Below, piece after piece: positions 55,101-64,000 of a DNA stretch of 64,000 nucleotides; the first letter of the stretch is position 1, and every line of letters begins with the position of its first letter. The notes beneath the pieces are model-generated. The model was not told the origin of the DNA. It did no database searches and saw only the letters and a program-made list of their open reading frames with translations. The position numbers and the translations under genes are program-made. This DNA comes from the human T2T-CHM13v2.0 reference genome, Homo sapiens, in NCBI RefSeq assembly GCF_009914755.1, contig NC_060927.1, one strand, 5' to 3'.

Positions 55101-55586
55101 GAAAATATTTATAATTCCTTTATTGAATATAATAGAGGTTAGGACATTTTGATCTCCACACTTTTGTGTCTTGTAATGTGTATCACCTATTGCTTTTTAC
55201 TGCCACATATCTTACTGTGTATTGTTTAAGGAGAAATTAGTTCTAAAATATTTTGTTCACATTTAGTTTTGTAGTATCTTTTTCTCTATTCTTTAAGCTT
55301 GTAAGAATGGTGTGCATTGCAGTTTAATTGGTGCCATTAATGCTTTTTTTGGCGAAAGGCATCCATTTTTCCCTCTGACATATCCCTTTCTAGAGCTCCA
55401 AAGATTCTAGGGAGTCCAGCCCGTGTCACACTGCTTCTTATAGCAGAAACTGCGTTTGCTAAATCAATAAATATTAAACAAATAAGTAAGAAATGTTTTA
55501 AGGAAAGCCTGACAGAGTTTCCACCAAAACAGACTGGAAAGACATTAGACGAGGAGATAAACTGCATCATTCCTAGACCCTGAAAT

Positions 55587-56332
55587 TGAGAGACAGGACT
55601 GGCTGGATTTCCTAAGCCTAAATGGGGAAGGTGACTGCACCTACCTTTAAACACGGGACTTGTAACTCAGCTCACACCCAACCAATCAGGTAGTAAAGAG
55701 GGCTCACTAAAAATACAAATTAGGCTAAAATCAGGAGGTAAAGAAATAGTCAAATCATATATCGCCTGAGAACACAGAGGGAGGGAAAATGATTTCGATA
55801 TAAACCCCAGGCATTTGGGCCGGGAGTGGGCAACCGCCTTTGGGTCCCCTCCCATTATATGGGAGCTCTGTTTTCACTCTATTAAATCTTGCAACTGCAC
55901 ACTCTTCTGGTCCGTGTTTGTTATGGCTGCAGCTGAGCTTTTGCTCGCCGTCCACCCCTGCTGAACGCCACTGTTGCAGATCCGCTGCTGCCTTCCACCC
56001 CTCTGGATCCGGCAGGGTGTCCGCTGCGCTCCTGATCCAGTGAGGCGCCCACTGCTGCTCCCTATGGGACTAAAGGCTCACCATTGTTTCTGCACGGCTG
56101 AGTGCCTGGGTTAGTCCTAATCGAGCTGAACACTAGTCGCTGGGTTCCACGGTTCTCTTCCGTGACCCACGGCTTCTAATAGAGCTATAACACTCACTGC
56201 ATGGCCCAGGGTTCCATTCTTTGGAATCCATGAGGCCAAGAACCCCAGGTCAGAGAACAAAAGGCTTGCTGCCATCTTGGGAGTGGCCGCCACCATCTTG
56301 GGAGCTCTAAGAACAAAGACCCACCGGTAACA
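55587..56332 (+). mobile_element. HERV-W solo LTR (LTR17), full U3-R-U5
   Basis: TGAGAGACAGGACT(A)GCTGGATTTCCTA...CCAATCAG (55682)...TATAAA (55799-55804)...ATTAAA (55881-55886)...GGTAACA; 4-bp TSD AAAT. Confidence 0.95.
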
Positions 56333-56402
56333 AAATGATAGCATGTAAGTAACCAGAGTTAGGCTTGGAAGGTGCACAGAAAGGGTTGATGGGGCGTGCA
56401 CA

Positions 56403-56727
56403 TTTTTTATTTTATTTTATTTTATTATTTTTATTTTTTTTGAGACAGAGTCTGGCTCTGTCACCCCAGGCTGGAGTGCAGTGGCGTGATCTCGGCTCAC
56501 TTCAATCCCTGCCTGCTGGGCTCAAGTGATTCTTCTGCCTCAGCCTCCTGAATAGCTGGCATTATAGGTCCATGCCACCATGCCTGGCTAATTTTTTCTA
56601 TTTTTAGTAAAGATGGAGTTTCACAGTGTTGGCCAGGTTGGTCTCCAATTCCTGGCCTCAAGTGATCCACCCGCCTTGGCCTCCCAGAGTGTTGGGATCA
56701 CATGTGTGAGCCACTGCGCTGAGCCCC
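56403..56727 (-). mobile_element. Alu (AluS/J)
   Basis: (TTTTA)n tail plus antisense dimer. Confidence 0.92.
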
Positions 56728-56859
56728 AGGTATGAACTTTGACGAACTTGGAGCTGATACTTGAAAGTGACTGGCTTGGAAAAGTCCAGTTGTAGTGGTG
56801 GGGGGAAAGGGCGGTAGCACTGGAGAGACAGAAGGTAACCTTAAGAAATTAGTAAATGT

Positions 56860-57205
56860 TGGAGTGAAGTACTGATACAATCTACAACATAGAGGAAACT
56901 TGTAAACTTGTGCTCGGTGAAAAGCCAATCATGAAAGACCATAAAAGATTATTAGGATTAATGTCCAGAATAGGCAAATCTACAGAGAGAGCAAGTAGAT
57001 TAGTATTTGCCTAGGAGTGTGGAGGAGGAGAACACAGAGAAAATGGGGAGTGAGGGATAACAGGTACAAAGTTTCTTTTTTGGACACAAAATTAGACCGT
57101 GCTGATAATTGTACAACTCTGAATATACTAAAAATCTAAATTATAATTTCAGTGAGTAAATTTTATTCTATGAAAATTATATTTCAATAAATCCACTTTA
57201 AAAAG
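56860..57205 (+). mobile_element. Old L1M (L1MB/ME-like) 3' end
   Basis: AATGTCCAGAATAGGCAAATCTACAGAGA...TGTACAACTCTGAATATACTAAAA...TATTTCAATAAA. Confidence 0.75.
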
Positions 57206-60200
57206 AGATTAGCAAATGTTACATGATTGCTCTTCTCATTGGTCCCATTTTGTCCTCCCTGGGTCTTTCTCAGCTACCTTGTTTCACCTCCTCGAAAAGG
57301 AGGCAGGGGTTAATACTGGCAGGAACTCTCTGAGCATCTTTCCCTGGAAATGACTAAAAATAATAAAATGTACTTGTTTTATAATAAAATGCAGCAATAG
57401 GAAAGCATAAATACATGCCTCAACATGTGAGATTGGTAACTTCTGACTTCTCCCCTTTTATGCTTTATTGTCTAGGGAGAGATCTCAGAAAGAGTTTGAG
57501 GGAGGTGTTTTGTCCTACTGTTACTTGGTTTCCCATGATTTTAAGATTCAGGCATTATAACTTCAGTTATTACAGAAGGATTTTATGTTTGCAATTTAAG
57601 CGCAAAGACCATTGGAAAGTGTGGGCACACTTACTTTCACTGCTTCAATAAATAGGCTCAGTAACTGTGATAACAAAGTGAACATTGGAGCACAGGCATT
57701 TATATCCTGTTTATCTCAAGCACAGAGCCAATCTGGAACTCTAATTCTTTTAGAAGATGATAAATGTTTTCTGCCAGTCTTTCCAACTGAACAAACTCTG
57801 TTTGATTGGTATTAATCACTTCTGGCAGGCGATGTTCAAGCCTGCTAGCTGCAATCTAGGTGAAAAGCTTGTCATCAGTATCACATAATGAAGTGAAAGA
57901 GTATGGGACAAAGAGAAGAAATATTTCCATTTACTTAGTCATCAGAGTAACTGTCAAGTTAAATAAGATATGAACTATCTGTTTTCAAATGAACAGTATA
58001 AAATGCCTATCTTTAATAAAATTAAATTTTCCTTCATTTTTTATTTAAAAATCAGAAATTAACACAAATAATAACCTATGAATTGTTTATAGTAGAAGGA
58101 GATCCTTCATTGTCTTAAATTCCTGTGGCTTCAGAAATTTTTTCTGAAATCATATTTTGCCATAAGCAAGCCCATATATATATAAGGAACATGGGAAAAA
58201 AGGCCCTACTCAGAGCTAGGGTAATCAGGACAATACAGTCTGAGGATTAAGGAAAAATTAAAAGTCAAAAAAAGTGTATCCTAGCTCAGAAACGTCTCAT
58301 CATAATTTGACTTTTTTTTTCCACTTTGCAATGTCATATCTCCTGAAAAGTCATCAGTTTAAAATTTCCCATTGAAGGTTCTCTAGGCATAGTGGGTAGA
58401 ACTCTCTTCCATTCACTTCTTAAAGTGATTAATTCAGATTGTTATCCTCCTAATACCTAGATAACAATAGCTAAATTGGGAGAATTAGTTTGTCTCCTGG
58501 AGCAAAACTCAGACAGAAATTGTTTCTTCTTATTTTAAAAATCAACTTAATTTTTCCTCACTTTGTGAGAAAATTTATATACATTATCCTTTACGTTAAT
58601 GATCACTTAAATTGTGTGTTAAAAGTGACTTCAATACTCACATTTCCATTGGTATCTTGAGAGAGATGAACAGTTACTAAAAAGAAAGTGGTTTATTAAT
58701 GTCGAATGGACACCTCCACTATTTCAATAATTAGTTAACTGTATTAATTATTGAGTTGCACCTTGACACTGTCACTCACATTTGCAGGTTAACCAAATTC
58801 AGTCTTTTTGAAGTCGTTTATTTCAAAGTGAATGAGGAATCTAAGGTGAGCCATCTATGGAGAAGGAACACACTCTGTATTTTGAGAATAGGGTAGTGGA
58901 TTCAGCAGTTAAATTCAACCTACTCTGTAGAGAACACCAAGGTTACCCTTATAGCACTAACTAATTTTTAAATAAGTGTCTGAAATTTTTAATGTTAAAT
59001 GAGAAACTAAAAATAATCTAAGAAACTAGATTTCACTTCTGGTAGAAAAGATAGCATTTGTTATTTTAAGTATTCTACTTCTGCTTATGTCTAACCTAGT
59101 GCATTTCAACATGTCTAGATCAGTTTTGTGTGTTTTTAATATTTTTATTCTTGTGTCTTTTAAACTGGGCTTAAAAATGGTACTATTGCTTTCCAACAGC
59201 TGATGTGATTATCCAAGGTTACAAAATATTTGATTAGCATTTGATTATTTAATAATTTAAGTTAAATTTAACAGAATTGATATGCTTGTTTTCTCTATTA
59301 GTAACCTTAGAAATATATTAGAAGCAAGAGCTTCGCAAGATGTCTTTTTAAAGATGTCAACTCTCAGCCATGTGACTTTCCTCTTATCATCATCTTGTAG
59401 TGGACGACACTTTTCCCTTCTGTCTCTAACTCCCAGATAGTCACCGACACCATCACTCAAGACATCTTCTTCCCAGCCCTGAAGTGCTGATGACCCACTT
59501 TTATCCTGTGAAACTGATAAAGGCAATTCTTAAGCCTTCAAATATCTCAGGATTCTCAGTTCATACACTTGCATTGCTCTATGCTATAAAACAATTTACC
59601 TGGTAGAGTGGTACTTTTGAATTCAATTATTTGTAATCAAAGGTTTGGATCTAGATTGATTTACACAAGTATTTCCAAGGAGTATGGGAAAGTTTTGACA
59701 GATGTCAGAGACATTGCTTTTGAAAGACCCTTAAAATGGCTATGGGGACAGTTAGGGGTGTGGAATAATTGGCACATTATTGCCACAGTTAATGGTAGAA
59801 TCCAGTCATAAACAAGAGGTCTGGGATTGTGGGGAAAAGAGATTATTATACCACATTTGCACACCCAAAACATATTCAAGTGGGAAGTGCAGCAACAAGA
59901 CTGTAAACACACAGCTCAGTGCCCTTCCTGAACACTTGAACTGAGTTCCATGAAAAGCAAGAATTACCTTTTAATCATACAACTTATGAGGTTGAAAAAG
60001 ATGGTCTTAATAAATGTGTCAGTTTAAAGCAGTCCTATTGTCTTGTTAATCTATTTTATTTTGGAACTAATAGAGATCTATAATTTTAAAAAAGCATCAT
60101 GAAATAATAAGCATGAGATGTCTTACTTTGATAACTAGATTGTTGCGTGTTATTATATTAAATGTTTTATTGGCTTCTTCAATATTAGACATTCCTGGGT

Positions 60201-60538
60201 ACAATGAACACTGATCAGGCCAGTATTTAAATTCAATTTATATACATGATACTCAATTCTTGTATAATAATTTGTATCTGTGTTTAGTGGTTTATAATTT
60301 TTGTTGTTGCATTTTCCTTACAAGGTTATGGGAAGAAAACTATGTCTGTGGTTGCCTTTAAAAAAAAAAAAAGAACAAAGTTGGTAAACCTATTCTTCTC
60401 TATTTTTTGAAAAAGTTACAACATTCAAAAGTGGTGATGCTAATTAAAACAAAGGCATTTGTAGCTGCAAGTCATGAACCAATGGTACTTCTCCAATTCC
60501 TCATTTGGTTACATCATTTAAAAAAAATGTCCTTCAGG

Positions 60539-60853
<315 letters not shown>

Positions 60854-61344
60854 TTACATTTTCCAGAGACTTCCTCCTTAACTTCTGTTTTATAATGACT
60901 ACCTTTGTATCTCCTTTCCTACTACCAATGTTTAATTTTATCATAACATTTATCAAGTTTTGGGCTCTTGTAGAACAGAGGTCTTGTTTTATTTTTCTCT
61001 GAATTATTTGTGCTTTTCATGATTCCTGGTGTATGATGAATCTTGCATAAATATGTGTTTAATGAAGAATTACTTGGCCTCTGTCCTCAGTACATTGAAC
61101 ATTGGAAATGAAAACGCACGCACTTGGCACACACAGACAAACACTTACCCCATGCATGCTTCCACAACTCAGGTAAAGAGAGCACCACTGAGGAATCTTC
61201 ACCTTGATTTAAGCTACTGCTAGCCTGCCAAGCTAAGTCAATAGCACATATGCTTCCTGGTCACATAGTCTAAACTAATAGCTTTCAAATGCCTGTTGTC
61301 TTCTATTTTATAATTTTTAAACTTTTTGTTTCTCATTTTTAAAA

Positions 61345-61530
61345 TTTTTATTTATGTATTTATTTTATTTCATTGTTTAATTTTTTTGTGGGTAATAGTA
61401 GGTGTATATGTTTATGGGGTACATGAGATGTTTTGATACAGGTGTGCAACGTGAAATAAGCACATCATGGAGAATGGGGTATCCATCCCTTCAAGCATTT
61501 ATCCTTTGAGTTACAAACAATCCAATTACA
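61345..61530 (-). mobile_element. L1MA-like 3' end
   Basis: GGGGTACATGAGATGTTTTGATACAGG...GGAGAATGGGGTATCCATCCC. Confidence 0.85.
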
Positions 61531-61536
61531 TTTTTA

Positions 61537-61756
61537 AACAAATGCCAAACAGGCATATGAAAAAGTGCTCAACATCACCGATCATCAGAGAAATGAAAAT
61601 CAAAACTATGAGATATCATCTCATCCCAGTTAAAATGGCTTATATCCAAAAGACATGGCAATAACAAATGCTGGTGAGGATGTGAAAAAGGGAACCCTTG
61701 TACACTGTTGTGGGAATGTAAATTAGTAAAACCACTATGGAGGAGATTCCTCAAAA
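61537..61756 (+). mobile_element. L1MA-like ORF2 3' segment, inverted relative to the adjacent 3' end
   Basis: AACAGGCATATGAAAAAGTGCTCAACATCA...CCCAGTTAAAATGGCT...GGGAATGTAAATTAGTA. Confidence 0.85.
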
Positions 61757-61764
61757 TCGAAACA

Positions 61765-62059
61765 TTTTATTTTTTTGAGTCTGGGTTTCATTCTGTCACC
61801 TAGGCTAGAGTGCAATATTCTGATCATAGCTTACTGCAACATTGTACTCCTGGGCTCAAGCTAACCGCCTCCCTCAGCCTCCCAAGTCACTAGATTACAG
61901 GTGTGCATCACTATGCCTAGCAAATTTTTTTAATTTTTTGTACAGACGGGGTCTTGCTCTTTTGCCCAAGCTGGTCTTGAACTCCTGACCTCAAACATTC
62001 CCCCGGCTTCAGCCTTCAAAAGTGCTGAGATTACAGACCTGAGACATCACAACTGGCCT
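61765..62059 (-). mobile_element. AluJ
   Basis: GATCATAGCTTACTGCA, CTCCTGGGCTCAAG J-type. Confidence 0.88.
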
Positions 62060-62820
62060 ACTTCTTAAGGCTAAAATCTCCTGTACATTTTTTTTCCCCA
62101 CAGGAAGTGCTTTTTATATGCCCAATGAATATTTATGGTTAATTAATTAATTTTAAAAGATGTTAATTCAAGTTACTAATATAACAGTGTACTGTTTAAA
62201 TTTTTATTTGCTAAATAGTTCGCAAAGTGTACAATACAGCTGAAATTTTAACAAACACTTCAAAATATAAAACCTTGAAGTCATCTTTGATCTTTTATTC
62301 TCCATCTCCTTCCCCCCACCTCCTTTGCTACATCTTACCAACCACTTCCAATCAATATAACAATTTGAATTCTGAAATGCTTCTTGATAGTATAATTTAT
62401 CATTCATTTCTGGAATATCTACTATATTTAACACATTGGTTACATTTGGGGGGAAATTTCCCTCCTTTGTTTGCTGTCTTTATCAGGTAGAAGTAAAAAT
62501 ATTCAGCTTTCCTCACCTTCTTTGTATTCAGGACCTTGTCTATAACAAATAAATAGACTTGAGGGTCTGATTAAAAACTAAGCAAACTGAGTTAGGAGGC
62601 CCCATATAGAATTCTTTGTATTGGTTATGAGTGATAGCAGAAGTGCTTGGTAATAATTGGAAGGTCAAGATCCTAATAACAACAACAAACCAACAAAACA
62701 AAACAAAATTAAGGTCAATATACTGGCAAACAGGTAGTGGCGGCATTACACTTGAATCTGGCAAGAATGCTTGCTGTATACCACCTACCGCTTGGTGGAT
62801 ATAGTGGGAGAGGTGTGTTT

Positions 62821-63375
62821 TGTAATCAAGTAGCCTAGTTTTAAAATGCAATTTAAAACTTTGTTTCCTCTCAACTCAGAATGTAGCCTTGAAATGTACT
62901 TTAAAACTGTTTCTCTTCCTTTCCTACCAGACACTCCCTTGTGCCATGCATGCTTATCTGACTATGTGCATCCTTAGAAATTCCAAGGGCTAATTTTGAA
63001 ATAAACCAGGCACGGAGGCTCAGGTGTGGAATCCTCTCGCTTAAGGGGAGTCAGAAACAATTAGGTGACCACCACTATGCTAAGGTCAAGATGATGCCAA
63101 CCAGACCTCCAGATGTGTAATTACTCAAGTTAGCCATTGGAAGAAGACACACAGTCTCTGCACCCTGAAACACTCATGTATGTTTCTCACATCAAGTTTC
63201 CCTTTTAAACACCATCACTCAGCCCAAAAATTTGAAATGGTTTTGTAGAAGCATGAGCCTGGCCATTCCTCAACTGCCAGCCTTTGATTAATAAGCTGCT
63301 TTCCTTCCACCACACCTCGTTTCTTATGTATTCAGCTTCTCAGATGGCGAGCAGCTGGACTTGTGTTTGGCTACA
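62821..63375 (+). mobile_element. ERV1 solo LTR (MER57/LTR54-like; family uncertain)
   Basis: TGTAATC...GGCTACA termini, flanked by TTTT both sides; GGCGAGCAGCTGGAC U5-like end. Confidence 0.7.
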
Positions 63376-64000
63376 TTTTCTTATCAAGTTAATTTGGTAG
63401 CCAGGTTTGTAGCATTGTTACCAGAACCCCAGCTGGGAACCTGTGAACAGTTATCTAGCTTTCTCTGTAGTTCTTTGAACTACTTAATATTCTTTTAATA
63501 ATCTCATGTTCTGCTTAAGCTGCCAGTCAGCTTTTGTACTTGCAATATTGAACACATACTAAGAGCTCCTAATACAATCATTTTTCCCCTCTCTGCTAAT
63601 GATCAGGTCCTTATTACTCTTAATTATCTTCTGACTGATCTTCTCTCAATGATCGTCCTGTTCTGCAATAAATCATATCAGCAAATTTTCTAAATATGAA
63701 ACTTATGCTAATGTTTTTTGATTTAAGATATCTGTTACAATTACAGTATGATATAGCTGACCTATTTTAATCACTTCACTAAAACAATCTTTTTTTTCTT
63801 GTATTTGTTGTGAAAATCAACTTGGAACAAATATTGTTGGTCTTTTGGTTGTAAAAACATGCAGGCAATAAAAGATTAATGTTAAAAAAACAATAATTGA
63901 GAGTTCTTTTTTTTTACAGTGGATCTCTTTTCAAAACAAAAGTAGACAGGGAGAAACTTGGGGAATTTGGTCTGGCATGATCAAGGGCTCAGCCCTCCAT

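Noticed and set aside
61467-61664. ORF with L1 ORF2-like peptide ([10 protein letters not shown]...MRYHL)
   Set aside because: Degenerate L1 fragment spanning the inversion junction, not a gene

Overview
This is AT-rich primate (most likely human) non-coding DNA, intergenic or deep-intronic. I found no credible protein-coding ORF: the tracked ORFs are short and many fall in Alu, L1, LTR or microsatellite sequence. Recognisable content: about 16 Alu/FLAM copies; L1 pieces (an old 5' end, a 1.9 kb L1MC-type 3' end, a short young L1PA with a 13-bp TSD and a probable twin-priming inverted L1MA); L2/MIR relics; hAT transposons (MER30, MER58A, MER20, MER5); MaLR LTRs (MSTB, THE1, MLT1); and many ERV1 solo LTRs. 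Eight ERV1-type LTRs lie within about 10 kb (25.1-34.9 kb), including MER41B, HERV-H LTR7, LTR8 and LTR10-like, and a full HERV-W LTR17 lies at 55.6 kb. There is a 3'-truncated 7SK retropseudogene (6135-6398) and a perfect 9 x 37-bp AT-rich minisatellite whose unit is a hairpin. I also see several repair or retroposition scars: a locally templated 140-bp insertion, a fold-back scar in an Alu and a 26-nt TSD-flanked micro-insertion. I see no convincing new biological system. The best leads are candidate LTR-driven regulation and + strand spliced lncRNA exons, all inferential. Repeat subfamily names come from memory of consensus sequences and need RepeatMasker/Dfam confirmation; boundaries of old repeats are approximate.
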